DNA from: Alphaproteobacteria bacterium
Lineage (GTDB): Bacteria > Pseudomonadota > Alphaproteobacteria > CALKHQ01
DNA length: 64,000 nt
Direction of reading: 5' to 3'
NCBI GenBank assembly: GCA_965227515.1
Contig: CBDDFZ010000001.1
Location: forward strand, 256,001 to 320,000
The notes under the pieces were generated by a model. The model was given only the letters and a program-made list of their open reading frames with translations. It did no database searches and was not told where the DNA came from. Both the position numbers and the translations under genes were made by a program. Numbering within the stretch: the stretch's first letter is position 1; each line of letters starts with the position of its first letter. Of the stretch, positions 10,643-20,734 are shown piece after piece.

Positions 10643-10658
10643 AAAGGGGAGGAATATC

Positions 10659-11429
10659 ATGTATCTCGAAATGCTCGACCTGTCGGGTCGCGTGGCGGTC
10701 GTCACCGGCGGCGGCCGCAACATCGGGCTGGCCTCGGCCACCGCGCTGGCGGAGGCCGGCGCGCGCCTGGTGATCTGCGACATCGACGAGGAGGTTGGCG
10801 CCAGCGGCAAGGCGACCCTGGAGGGGCTGGGCCACGAGGTCGATTTCATCCACCTCGACGTGACCAAGCCCGACGACGTGACCGCCGCCGCCGACAAGGT
10901 GGTGGCCGACCTCGGCCGCGTCGACATCCTGGTCGCCAATGCCGGCATCGCCATCAACACGCCGGGCGAGGACACCTCGGACGCCGACTGGCTGCGGGTG
11001 CTCGACCTGAACCTGAACGGCGTCTACTGGTGCAACCGCGCCTTCGGCAAGCACATGCTGGCCGGCGGCAGCGGCAGCATCGTCAACATCGGCTCCATGT
11101 CGGGCATCATCTCCAACTACCCGCAGCCGCAGGCTCACTACAACGCGTCCAAGGCCGGCGTTCACATGCTGACCAAGTCGCTGGCCGGCGAATGGGCGAC
11201 GCGGGGCGTGCGGGTCAATGCGATCGCGCCCACCTACATCGAGACCGCCATGACCCGGCGCGGCATGGACAACCCGGAATGGTACAAGGCGTGGCTGGAC
11301 ATGACGCCGATGAAGCGGGTCGGCCAGCCGCCGGAAATCGCCTCGGTCGTGCTGTTTCTCGCCTCCGACGCCGCGTCATTGATGACCGGCAGCGTCGTAG
11401 TGGTTGACGGCGGCTACACGGTGTGGTGA
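10659..11429 (+). CDS. SDR polyol dehydrogenase (galactitol/tetritol dehydrogenase-like)
   Basis: [28 protein letters not shown]. Confidence 0.85.
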   Translation: MYLEMLDLSGRVAVVTGGGRNIGLASATALAEAGARLVICDIDEEVGASGKATLEGLGHEVDFIHLDVTKPDDVTAAADKVVADLGRVDILVANAGIAINTPGEDTSDADWLRVLDLNLNGVYWCNRAFGKHMLAGGSGSIVNIGSMSGIISNYPQPQAHYNASKAGVHMLTKSLAGEWATRGVRVNAIAPTYIETAMTRRGMDNPEWYKAWLDMTPMKRVGQPPEIASVVLFLASDAASLMTGSVVVVDGGYTVW

Positions 11430-11457
11430 GCCCTTTCCGCAGCCTCGTTTGCACGCC

Positions 11458-12504
11458 ATGTCACCTCACTTCAGGAGCAAGATCTTGACCCGCTTGGACG
11501 CCAAGCTCGACCGGATTCGCAACGGCACCGCCACCCGCGCCGACTTCATCATCGCCGACGCCAAGGACGGCGACATGGGCCCGAGCCTGACCTCGTGCGG
11601 CCCGGCCCGCCAGCCCGACGGCTCGTGGCAGCGCTATCGCACCCGCCAGGAGTTTCTGGACCAGGTCCAGGCCATCATCGCGCAGGATGTCGTCGACATC
11701 ATGCTGACCTCGGCCTCCAACCTGGAGCTGCTGCTCGAGCGCGGCGCGTATGACGGCAGCCTGGTCAAGCCGGCGATCCGCGCCAACGACACCACCGACA
11801 TCTGGCGTGTGCGGGGCGAGAGCTACTCCAAGCAGCCCTCGCGCGCGTTCCGCACCGCCACCCCGTCGCGGGTGATGTATGGGACCGCGCTGCCGTCGCC
11901 GGGTTCGCCCACCTACCTCACCGACCTGGGTCTCTACTCGGTGACCTTCAACAACGACATCGACGCCGACGTCGCGTCGCTGGAGGCGTTCGCGGAGTTC
12001 CGTGCCGAGGCGGCGGAATCCGCCTTCACCTACTTCCTGGAAGTGTTCAACCCGAACGTCGACTGCGGCATCGCGGCCGATGAGGTGGGCCACTACGTCA
12101 ACGACTGCATCGTGCGCTGCCTGGCCGGCCTGACCAAGGCGGAGCGGCCGCGCTTCCTGAAGATCGTCTACAACGGCCCGAAGGCGCTGGACGAGCTCGC
12201 CACCTACGACCCCTCGCTGGTCGTCGGCATCCTGGGCGGCGGCGCCGGCACCGCGCGCGACACCTTCGAGCTGCTGAGCCAGGGCCAGAAATACGGCGCC
12301 TGGGTGGCGCTGTTCGGCCGCAAGATCAATCTGGCGGAGTCACCGACCGATATCGTGCGCCTGATGCGCGCCGTGACCGACGGCGACGTCGGCCCGGAAG
12401 AGGCGGTGAAGGCCTATCACGACGCGCTGCAGAAGCAGGGCATCACCCCCACCCGCGCGCTGGACGAGGACATCCAGATCACCGAATCGGTGCTGAAGGG
12501 GTAG
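11458..12504 (+). CDS. Conserved hypothetical protein, probable class I aldolase-like TIM barrel
   Basis: FLEVFNP, FLKIVY (candidate Schiff-base Lys), GILGG and LFGRKI (phosphate-binding GR); start uncertain (ATG 11458 or TTG 11485). Confidence 0.6.
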   Translation: MSPHFRSKILTRLDAKLDRIRNGTATRADFIIADAKDGDMGPSLTSCGPARQPDGSWQRYRTRQEFLDQVQAIIAQDVVDIMLTSASNLELLLERGAYDGSLVKPAIRANDTTDIWRVRGESYSKQPSRAFRTATPSRVMYGTALPSPGSPTYLTDLGLYSVTFNNDIDADVASLEAFAEFRAEAAESAFTYFLEVFNPNVDCGIAADEVGHYVNDCIVRCLAGLTKAERPRFLKIVYNGPKALDELATYDPSLVVGILGGGAGTARDTFELLSQGQKYGAWVALFGRKINLAESPTDIVRLMRAVTDGDVGPEEAVKAYHDALQKQGITPTRALDEDIQITESVLKG

Positions 12505-12532
12505 CGCGCCGCCTTCCCACACACCAGCCGGC

Positions 12533-12614
12533 GTAGCCCGGATGGAGCGCAGCGTAATCCGGGGCCTCAAGTCAGGGTAGGTCCCCGGGTTTCACGTCAT
12601 TCCACCCGGGCTAC
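12533..12614. repeat. GTAG-type REP doublet, copy 2
   Basis: GTAGCCCGGATGGAGCGCAGCGTAATCCGGG...TCCACCCGGGCTAC. Confidence 0.8.
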
Positions 12615-12636
12615 AAACGTGACCTATTGGCTCCAC

Positions 12637-13200
12637 CTACTGGATGGTGGTGATCTTGCCGAAGTTGCGGGTGCCGCTGGCGTCGGTGCCGGTGACGCTG
12701 CCGTTTCTCACGTCGACATCGACCCTGAGATCGCCGCTGGCGGTGGCCAGCGAGATCCGGTCGGCGGTCGTGCCCTGGTTGAACATCTGAATGCGCTCAC
12801 CGGTCGACGGCACCGTCAGCAGCCAGTTGCCGTCGGGCTGCCGCTCGAGCTGGCCGGGCGGCACCTGGCCGCCGCTGAACAGAATGACCCGCGCACTGAG
12901 CCCGGTGACCTGCTGCTGCACCGGCAGCACGGTGGAGGACGGGGGCTGGGTGCCGAACACCGGGGGGTTGTTGACGGCAGCGGCGCCGCCGGTCCGCTCG
13001 GCGCTGGGGCCGGAGCCGGTGCCCGTCCCGCTGCTATTGCCGGTCTGGACCGAGTTCAGCGCGGACAGGAAGTCGGTCCCGCCGCCGCTACCGCCGCCAC
13101 CGGTGTCCACGCACCCCGCCAACAGGCCGGACGCTAACAACGCGGCCGCGAACGCGGTTGCTGACCTACCCCAGATGCCTGGCAACATTTCCCTACCCAT
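12637..13200 (-). CDS. Hypothetical lipoprotein
   Basis: Lipobox LLAG-C, Gly/Ser-rich linker, beta-rich C-terminal domain. Confidence 0.7.
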   Translation of the reverse strand: MGREMLPGIWGRSATAFAAALLASGLLAGCVDTGGGGSGGGTDFLSALNSVQTGNSSGTGTGSGPSAERTGGAAAVNNPPVFGTQPPSSTVLPVQQQVTGLSARVILFSGGQVPPGQLERQPDGNWLLTVPSTGERIQMFNQGTTADRISLATASGDLRVDVDVRNGSVTGTDASGTRNFGKITTIQ

Positions 13201-13385
13201 CGGTTCTCCAACGCTCCAGTGCGATTTCGCTGCGCATCGGTCATACTCCGGCACGCTCCGGCCGACAACTCGGTTGATGACCGGCCCGGCCCAACGCGGC
13301 CGCCAATAACAAGACTGCCAACAACAAAATCGATGGGGAAATACGAATGCAGACTACAAACGGCGCCGGCCGGGACGGAGGCACC

Positions 13386-14399
13386 ATGGCGGGCATCGTC
13401 ACCGGCGGCACCTGGTGCGTCGACCTGAACAAGATCGTGGCCCACTGGCCGCCCGAGGACACCGCCGCCGAGATCGTGGAGATCGACGTGCATGGCGGCG
13501 GCTCGGGCTGCAATTTCGCGCTCGACATCAAGGCGCTCGACCCGACAGTGCCGGTGGAGACCATCGGCCTGGTCGGCGACGACGAGCATGGCAGGGTGCT
13601 TCTGGGCCTGTGCGACGGATCGGGGGTCGTGCGCGACCAGATGCATATCAGCGACGCGCTGCCGACCCAGTTCACCGATGCCTACTGCGTAAAATCCACC
13701 GGGCGGCGCACCCACCTTTACTACCCCGGCATCTCCACCCTGCTTTGCCCCGATCATTTCGACCTGGCGGCCACCACCGGCCGCCTGTTCCACCTCGGCC
13801 TGCCCGGCGCGCACAAGCCGATGGACAGTCCCTGGCAGGACCACCCGAACGGCTGGGCGGCGGTGCTGCAGGACGCCAAGCGCCTGGGCCGGACCACCAG
13901 CCTGGAGCTGTTCTTCGTGGCGCCCGAGCGCATGCGCGCGCTGGTGCACCCGTGCCTGCCGCTGCTCGATATCCTGGTCATCAACGACTACGAGATCGCG
14001 GCACTCGCCGACATGCCGGCGGTGGCCGGCGGCGATGTCGACCCCGCCCAAGTGCTGGCGGCGGCGCGCAAGGTGCTGGGCCTGGGCGCGATGCAGGTGG
14101 TGGCCGCGCACTACCCCGGCGGCGCCATCGCGGTCACCCGCGACGGGACCGTGGCGGCCAAGGGCTCTACATGCATCCCGGAGCGCGAGATCGTCGGCGC
14201 CAATGGGGCCGGCGACGCCTATTGCGCGGGCTTCGTCTACGGCTACCTGAGCGGCTGGGACCTGGACCGCTGCCTGGCGCTGGGCCATGCCTCGGCGGCG
14301 ATGTCGCTCACCCACGTCTCCACCACCAAGGGCGTCAGGGACTGGCAGGCATGCATGGCCCAGGCCGACGCCTGGGGCTGGCGGGAAATGTCGCTCTAG
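13386..14399 (+). CDS. PfkB family carbohydrate kinase
   Basis: GGGSGCN, GLVGDD, INDYE, GAGDAY signature. Confidence 0.9.
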   Translation: MAGIVTGGTWCVDLNKIVAHWPPEDTAAEIVEIDVHGGGSGCNFALDIKALDPTVPVETIGLVGDDEHGRVLLGLCDGSGVVRDQMHISDALPTQFTDAYCVKSTGRRTHLYYPGISTLLCPDHFDLAATTGRLFHLGLPGAHKPMDSPWQDHPNGWAAVLQDAKRLGRTTSLELFFVAPERMRALVHPCLPLLDILVINDYEIAALADMPAVAGGDVDPAQVLAAARKVLGLGAMQVVAAHYPGGAIAVTRDGTVAAKGSTCIPEREIVGANGAGDAYCAGFVYGYLSGWDLDRCLALGHASAAMSLTHVSTTKGVRDWQACMAQADAWGWREMSL

Positions 14400-14409
14400 G
14401 CTCTTGATT

Positions 14410-14497
14410 GTAGCCTGGGTGGAGCGGAGCGGAACCCGGGGTCGTTGCCGGACGGCAAGAGAAGTCCCCGGGTTGCATGCCGTTCCACCCGGGCTTC
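14410..14497. repeat. GTAG-type REP doublet, copy 3
   Basis: GTAGCCTGGGTGGAGCGGAGCGGAACCCGGG...TCCACCCGGGCTTC. Confidence 0.8.
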
Positions 14498-14531
14498 GGG
14501 ACTGGTCAGCCAGCCCCGAAGCTGTCGGGGA

Positions 14532-15038
14532 CTACCCGCGGTCGCCGATGATCAGGCCCAGCCGCGCGAAGTACTCGATCTGCTGCTGCGTCATGCGCGA
14601 CATCTGCGGTGCCTGACCCTCATCGCCGCCGTTATTGTCGCCGCCGCCTCCGGGGGCAGCACCATCCGGGGCATCGCCATCCGGCGCATCGCCATCGGGC
14701 GCGCTGCCGTCGGAATCGCCTCCGCCAGAGCTCGCGTCGGCGTTCTTCAGCATCTCGACGCACTCGGCCCTGTTGAGGTCGCAATCAACGACGTCGCCCG
14801 TCGGCGTGATGATGAACCGCCCATTGCCGATGGTGTAGTGCCCTGACGCATGTTGCGTAATGCCCGTGCGTCCGGCGCCTTGCACGGTGATGTAGCTGAG
14901 GTCGCCGACTATCGAGATATTCTCGCCCTGCAGGATATGGCCGCGCAGGAATTCCTCGTACCAGTCGATGGCAAATGCACTGGAGCTCACGATCATCGAA
15001 GCCACGCCGCAAGCAATCAGACCGATTTTTTGTTTCAT
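14532..15038 (-). CDS. Hypothetical secreted protein with acidic DG(D/S/A)AP tandem repeats
   Basis: RBS GGAG; signal peptide ending AFA; four 15-bp repeats encoding DGSAP-DGDAP-DGDAP-DGAAP. Confidence 0.65.
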   Translation of the reverse strand: MKQKIGLIACGVASMIVSSSAFAIDWYEEFLRGHILQGENISIVGDLSYITVQGAGRTGITQHASGHYTIGNGRFIITPTGDVVDCDLNRAECVEMLKNADASSGGGDSDGSAPDGDAPDGDAPDGAAPGGGGDNNGGDEGQAPQMSRMTQQQIEYFARLGLIIGDRG

Positions 15039-15300
15039 GACAAATGCTCCCTTGAGCGCGCGCCACACGCGTTCCCACAACGAGACCGAGCCTATCGGTT
15101 CATCAAAAAAGTCAGCACGATGTCGGGGGGCCGGCTCTCAGTGGATCGCCGGCGGACGGTGTGTCGTCGCCAATACTCGCCGCATCACAGAGATAAGGAT
15201 CGTTTATGTCTGCCGCGTGGCGATATCGTGAAAACGTGCGCGGCTGGCGCGAATTGTCGGTTTAGAGTTTCCCAGGCACCGTCGCTTCCACCCACACCAT

Positions 15301-15331
15301 CGTCATGCCCGCACTTGTCGCGGGCATGACG
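15301..15331. repeat. CGTC-type REP palindrome, likely acting as terminator of the ABC operon
   Basis: CGTCATGCCCGC-ACTTGTC-GCGGGCATGACG. Confidence 0.7.
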
Positions 15332-15351
15332 GTATTCGACGACCGCCGCCC

Positions 15352-16140
15352 TCAGTGGCTCATGATGATGTCGGTGAGCTCATTCAGCGACGTGTCGGCC
15401 TTCAGCGCGTCCTTCACGTTCTGGCCGTGGGCCATGATCGAGAAGCGGTCGCAGACCCGGAACGCGTGGTAGAGGTTGTGGGTCACGAACACGCACGACA
15501 CGCCGGATTCCGCCAGTTCGCGCATGATCGCCAGCACCTTCTCGGTCTCGCGCACCGACAGGGCCGAGGTCGGCTCGTCCAGCAGCAGGATGTCGCGCTT
15601 GAAATGCACGGCGCGCGCGATCGCCACCGCCTGCGCCTGGCCGCCCGACAATTCTTCCACCAGCAGGTCCGGCGAGGTGATGCCGGCGATGCGCACGTAC
15701 TTGTCCAGAATTTCGACCGCGGTCTTGCGCATCTCGCCCATGCGCATGAAGCCCAGTGGGCCCAGCGGCTCGCGGCCGGCGTAAATGTTGCGCATGATCG
15801 ACATCGACCGGACCAGCGCGATGTCCTGGTAAATGGTCTGGATGCCCGCCTGCTCCGACTTCTGCCGGGTGTGGATATCGACCGGCTTGCCCAGGCGCAA
15901 GAACTCGCCCTTGTCGGGTGTCACCACGCCGGAGAGGATCTTGATCAGCGTGGACTTGCCCGCGCCATTGTCGCCAAGCAGGCCGACCACCTCGCCCGGC
16001 CGGACCTCGAAGTCCACGTTCATCAGCGCGTTCACGTGGCCGTAGCTCTTGGAGATGCCGCGCGCCTCGAACAACGGAACCTCACCGTCGGGCCGGCTGG
16101 CGCTGGCGGCGGTCGGTGCGTCCATGGTGTCTACGCTCAT
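15352..16140 (-). CDS. Sugar ABC transporter ATP-binding protein (single domain, CUT2)
   Basis: GDNGAGKST, LSGGQ, LLLDEPT. Confidence 0.93.
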   Translation of the reverse strand: MSVDTMDAPTAASASRPDGEVPLFEARGISKSYGHVNALMNVDFEVRPGEVVGLLGDNGAGKSTLIKILSGVVTPDKGEFLRLGKPVDIHTRQKSEQAGIQTIYQDIALVRSMSIMRNIYAGREPLGPLGFMRMGEMRKTAVEILDKYVRIAGITSPDLLVEELSGGQAQAVAIARAVHFKRDILLLDEPTSALSVRETEKVLAIMRELAESGVSCVFVTHNLYHAFRVCDRFSIMAHGQNVKDALKADTSLNELTDIIMSH

Positions 16141-16186
16141 CGCGCGCTTCCTCCGGTTCCGGTCCCAGTCAATACGTCCACCGGCT

Positions 16187-17278
16187 TCAGAACTTCCGCC
16201 GGGCCACTTGGTTCACGATCACGCCGAACACGATCATCATGCCGGCAAATGCATCCAGGTAGAACGTCGGCATGCCGGCGTGGGTGACGATGTTGCTGAG
16301 CAGGTAGTAGACCGCCGTGCCGAAAACGATGCCGATCACGGAGCCGCGTCCGCCGGTCAGCGCCAGCCCGCCGACCACGCAGATCGCCACCGCATAGAGC
16401 TCGATGAAGAGCTGCGGGTTGGTTTCGGCCTTGCCCAGCCGGGTGATCGAGAACAGGCCCGAAATGAACGCGAATACCGAGCTGAGCACGAATGCCAGCG
16501 TCTTGGTGCGGATGACATTAATGCCGGCATACTCCGCCGCCCGCGCGTCGCCACCGGCGGCGAAGAAGTGGTTGCCGTAGCGGTGCCGGTTCAACAGCAG
16601 GTAGGCGATGACCGCCAAGACCAGGAACCACAGGAACGAGGCGGGCAGCCAGCCGAACAGATTGTCCCACATCACCGCCTTGAAGTCCTCGGGCGGCTTG
16701 ATGGTCAGCGCCTTGCGGCCGGCATAGAGCTCGACGATGTAGGGAGCGCCGGCGCGCACGATGAACAGCATGCCAAGCGTGGTGATGAACGACGGAATCT
16801 TGAAGTAGAGCGTGATGAACGCGTTGATCAGCCCGATGCAGATCGCGACCAGCATGCCGAGGAACAGCGACACCAGCCAGGCGCCGCCGGCCGCCGTCAG
16901 CCAGGCATCCTCCGCCTCCGAGAACCAGCCCCATTCCGCGATCACCGGCGTGGAGGCGTCATAGAAGACGGCCATGGCGAACGGCGCCGCGACGAACACC
17001 GAGCCCACCGACAGATCGAACTCGCCGGAGATCATCAGCAGCCCGACGCCCAGAGCGATGATGCCGAACAGCGGGATCGCGCGCATCAAAAGCGTCGCGT
17101 TGCGCTGGGACAGGAAGCGGAAATCCTCGGGGAAGACCAGCGAGGCGATCACGCAGCCGGCCAGCAACATCAGGAACAGCATCACAACCGGACCGGCCGG
17201 GTGCATGCGCACCCGATTGAACCAGCTCGACTGCTGGTAGCGGGCCGCGGCGTCGATGGTCTGGGTGGTCGAGGCCAT
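16187..17278 (-). CDS. Sugar ABC transporter permease (RbsC-type)
   Basis: GEFDLSVG, IPSFITTLG, ELYAVAICVVGG, GGRGS. Confidence 0.92.
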   Translation of the reverse strand: MASTTQTIDAAARYQQSSWFNRVRMHPAGPVVMLFLMLLAGCVIASLVFPEDFRFLSQRNATLLMRAIPLFGIIALGVGLLMISGEFDLSVGSVFVAAPFAMAVFYDASTPVIAEWGWFSEAEDAWLTAAGGAWLVSLFLGMLVAICIGLINAFITLYFKIPSFITTLGMLFIVRAGAPYIVELYAGRKALTIKPPEDFKAVMWDNLFGWLPASFLWFLVLAVIAYLLLNRHRYGNHFFAAGGDARAAEYAGINVIRTKTLAFVLSSVFAFISGLFSITRLGKAETNPQLFIELYAVAICVVGGLALTGGRGSVIGIVFGTAVYYLLSNIVTHAGMPTFYLDAFAGMMIVFGVIVNQVARRKF

Positions 17279-17280
17279 CG

Positions 17281-18378
17281 TCACGTCGACCTGCGCCTGA
17301 CGATGGTGTTGAGGATGACGGCGCCGATGATCAGCGCGCCGAGCAGGCCCTTGAACAGGGTCTCGGGTGCTGCGATCAGCACCAACACGTTGTCGACGGT
17401 CTCGATCAGGGCGGCCCCCAGGATCATGCCCAGGATCGTGCCCCGCCCGCCGAACAGGTTGACGCCGCCAACGACGACAGCGGCGATCACCTTCAGCTCG
17501 AAGCCGCTGGTGATGGCGAACGACGGCTCGACCTCGTTGATCATGGTCGCCTGCATGATGCCGGCGAAACCGGCCGCCATGGCACACAGGATGAAGGCGA
17601 TCAGCTTGGTGCGCCGAATGTTCACGCCAACCGCGGTCGCCGCGTCCTTGTTGCCGCCGGTCGTGAACATATGATTGCCGATCCGGTGCCGGTTCAGCAG
17701 CAGGTGGGCGGCGAAGCCCAGCACCACCAGCCAGACCATCTGCATGTAGATCGGATCGACGATCTCCCCGGTGAACAGCGTCGTCAGCAGGTCGGTCTGC
17801 GCCTCGCCGGTCTGCTCGCAGTCGCGGCAGGGGTAGAAGGCCATGCTGTCCATCTGCCCGCTGTTCGGGTTGATCGACACGAAGCGGATCACGCCACGCA
17901 GGATGAACATCATGCCGATGGTGGCGATGAACGACGGGATGCCGATCCACGCGGTCAAATATCCGTTCAGCGCACCGAAGATCGCCACGGTGAACAGGCC
18001 CGCCGCCACCGCCACGAGCAGCGGCATGCCATAGGTGGTGTAGACGATGGTGGTGATGAAGGCGGCCAGCGTGTAGGTGCCGGCGGTGGAGATGTCGAAC
18101 TCGCCGCTGATCATCAACAGGCCGACCCCGAGCGCGGCAATCGCCGTGGTCGGGATTTTCAGCGCCAGCAGCACGCGCAGATTGTCAGTGGTCGCGAAGG
18201 CGAAGTCCGACGACGCGAAACTCCAGATCAGGCAGATGGCGAGAAACGTCCCGTAGACGATGACGATCGCCGAGCCCTGATAGCGCTTGGCAGCCGTCCA
18301 CCATGCCGGGCCATGGTCGCGCCGGCGCGCGGCGGCCATTTCGGCATTGGTCATCTCTGTGGTCGTCTCGCTAGCCAC
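17281..18378 (-). CDS. Sugar ABC transporter permease (RbsC-type)
   Basis: GEFDIS, IPSFIATIG, ELKVIAAVVVGG, GGRGT. Confidence 0.92.
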   Translation of the reverse strand: MASETTTEMTNAEMAAARRRDHGPAWWTAAKRYQGSAIVIVYGTFLAICLIWSFASSDFAFATTDNLRVLLALKIPTTAIAALGVGLLMISGEFDISTAGTYTLAAFITTIVYTTYGMPLLVAVAAGLFTVAIFGALNGYLTAWIGIPSFIATIGMMFILRGVIRFVSINPNSGQMDSMAFYPCRDCEQTGEAQTDLLTTLFTGEIVDPIYMQMVWLVVLGFAAHLLLNRHRIGNHMFTTGGNKDAATAVGVNIRRTKLIAFILCAMAAGFAGIMQATMINEVEPSFAITSGFELKVIAAVVVGGVNLFGGRGTILGMILGAALIETVDNVLVLIAAPETLFKGLLGALIIGAVILNTIVRRRST

Positions 18379-18488
18379 GCTTCTTGCCCGCGCAATAACA
18401 GATCGAAGATGTACGGTGGAAACGGCCGGGCACCACCGCAGCGGCGGGCCCGGCCTTGTCTTTCAATCGGTTGCCGATCGGACGCGGC

Positions 18489-19469
18489 TTAGCGGTAGGT
18501 GCCGCCCCAATCCAGCGCGTACTGACCGTTCACCATGTCGATCAGGTTGTTGCCCGTATCGATGTCCGGCGGGGTCAGGCCATAGCGCACGGCGTAGGCG
18601 GCGAACATCACCGGCAGGAAGCCCTGCCAGAACGGCTGCTGGTCCATGGTGGCCGTGGTGACGCCGTTCATGATGTTTTCCATGATCTTCGGATTGGTAT
18701 CGAAGCCGCCATTCGGGATGCTGTCGATACCGGCCTCCATCGCCGCGTCGGGCGCGACGGTGGTCGGCGTGGTGCCGAGGCCGACGATGCAGGTGATGTC
18801 CGGATTGGCGATCAACGCCTGGGAGATCGCGGTCAGCGCTTCGGCGTCGACCGTGCCGGTGCCGATGACCTCCGACGTGATACCCGCCGGGTCCAGCGCC
18901 AGCTGCACGCCCTCGGCACGCTCGATGGCGTAGGTCAGCTCAGGGAATTCCACCGGCAGCAGGCAGTGGTCGCCCTCGCCCAGCCCGTGCTCGTCGATCA
19001 TGCGCTGGCCGATGATCCGGCCCGAGGCATGGAAGTCCTGGCCGACGAAGGCCTGGCGGGCGTTGCCGTCGGCGCCGTCGGGATCGTCGATGTTCTGCGC
19101 GATCACGATCAGCCCGGCGTCGACCGCCTTCTGCACCGCCTCGTCCAGCGCGTCAGGCACGGTGATGGTGGGCGCGACCGCGTCCTGGCCCTCGGCGATG
19201 GCGGTCTCGATCAGCTCGGCGTGACGGGCGGCGTCGCCGTCCGCGTTCACATAGGTGAGGTCGACCTGGAACAGGCGCGCGGCTTCCTCGGCGCCGAACT
19301 GCATCGGCTGGAAGAAGGTGGCACCGGAGCAGCAGTGCTGGATGAAGGTCACGCTGACCGGCGCAAGATCGTCCTGCGCCGAGGCGCTGCCGGCAATGCC
19401 AACGAGCCCCACGGCCGCCGCGGCGGCGGCCACGGCCCGCGAGAGTGCGGTTGTGTTTGCTTTATGCAC
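18489..19469 (-). CDS. Sugar ABC transporter substrate-binding protein
   Basis: GGAGG RBS then GTG 19469; signal peptide; AFVGQD, GGFD, ATMDQQPFWQG. Confidence 0.9.
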   Translation of the reverse strand: MHKANTTALSRAVAAAAAAVGLVGIAGSASAQDDLAPVSVTFIQHCCSGATFFQPMQFGAEEAARLFQVDLTYVNADGDAARHAELIETAIAEGQDAVAPTITVPDALDEAVQKAVDAGLIVIAQNIDDPDGADGNARQAFVGQDFHASGRIIGQRMIDEHGLGEGDHCLLPVEFPELTYAIERAEGVQLALDPAGITSEVIGTGTVDAEALTAISQALIANPDITCIVGLGTTPTTVAPDAAMEAGIDSIPNGGFDTNPKIMENIMNGVTTATMDQQPFWQGFLPVMFAAYAVRYGLTPPDIDTGNNLIDMVNGQYALDWGGTYR

Positions 19470-19569
19470 GGATGTTCCTCCCATTGGTTATGACGGCAGC
19501 TTAGGTTGGGGTTGCTGCCCACACAAGCCCACCGGTTCCGGTGGGAAACTGGTCCGTTGGGTCATGGCC

Positions 19570-20358
19570 CTACAGCTTGGCCATGAACGCCTCGAACTCT
19601 TTATCGTCGATCGGCACCAGGTGCTCGGGGCCGGGGTAGGCACCGCTTTCCACATCGGCGCCGAACTCCTTGAACGCGGCGATGCGTTCCTCCTGCAGCC
19701 GGTCGTACTCGGCGCGGAAGTTGCGGTAGACCTTGGCGTGGCGGGGGCGGTGGCCGCGGGTGTAGCCCAGCACGTCCTCGGCAAACAGGTACTGCGCATC
19801 GCCGCCAGTGCCGGCGCCCATCGACAGCATCAGCATCGAGGTCCGCTTGGAGATTTCGGCCGCCACCCGGTCCGGCACCACTTCCAGTTCGGCCGCGAAC
19901 GCACCGGCGGATTCCAACGCCTTGACGTCATTGTAGACCTTCATTGCGCTGTCGGCGGTCTTGCCCACCGCCTTGAAGCCGCCGGTCCAGGTGCATTTCG
20001 ATGGGATCAGGCCGACGTGGCTGACCACCGGAATGCCCTCCGCCGCCAGTCGGGCAACGATGTCGAGGCTGGCCGCGCAATAGACGCAGTCACCGCCGGT
20101 CAGCAGCGCCTTGTGGGCGGCGCGCAGGTAGTCGTCGGTGGTGCACAGCTCGCCATAGAGCAGGCCGACCTGGACGAAGCAGTCGCCCGCCGCCTCGCGC
20201 ATTTCCGGCGTCCATATCGGGGCGATGATCGACAGCATGTCGATGCCCGCCGCCGAAGCGGCCCGCGCCTCGTCGTGGCTGTCGACGAACAGCATCTTGA
20301 TCTGGCGCTTGCCCTTCATCGCCAGCATGTCGGCGACGGTATTGCGCGTTCGGTTCAT
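19570..20358 (-). CDS. PanB (ketopantoate hydroxymethyltransferase)-like protein, divergent
   Basis: HVGLIP, AGAFAAELEVVP, MGAG..GDAQYL..ED.LG, PRHAKVY and YP tail present; GDS loop and KxEG motif absent. Confidence 0.8.
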   Translation of the reverse strand: MNRTRNTVADMLAMKGKRQIKMLFVDSHDEARAASAAGIDMLSIIAPIWTPEMREAAGDCFVQVGLLYGELCTTDDYLRAAHKALLTGGDCVYCAASLDIVARLAAEGIPVVSHVGLIPSKCTWTGGFKAVGKTADSAMKVYNDVKALESAGAFAAELEVVPDRVAAEISKRTSMLMLSMGAGTGGDAQYLFAEDVLGYTRGHRPRHAKVYRNFRAEYDRLQEERIAAFKEFGADVESGAYPGPEHLVPIDDKEFEAFMAKL

Positions 20359-20657
20359 CGGTCCTCCCCAGGTCCGTTCTGCGCCGTCCGGTCTGTCGGT
20401 GCGACCGGTTTCGGCACGCTTTTGTTTGGCCGCGCCGGCCGCCCCGATGCATCGAGGTGCCTGGTGCTCACGCCATTGCGCTCGACACTAGGCCATACCG
20501 GCGCAGGTTCGAAAGCGCCACGACGCGGGCGGCGGCGCGTAAACGATAACAATTCTTGTGACAGGCGCGATTTGCCGGGTCGCCGGGCCCAGGCCGGCGT
20601 TGGCGGCAACGCGCCTCAATTTGATCCTCCCTGACGTATTTCTGTGTTGTTGGTACC

Positions 20658-20710
20658 GTTCATATCGCGTATGAACTCATTATGCGACATCAAAATTGCC
20701 TCATAATGAG
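20658..20710. promoter_or_regulatory. Inverted repeats in divergent promoter (candidate operators)
   Basis: GTTCATA-tcgcg-TATGAAC and CTCATTATG-N17-CATAATGAG immediately upstream of the LacI gene. Confidence 0.4.
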
Positions 20711-20734
20711 CTATTCAGCTCCCGAGGTGCCACG

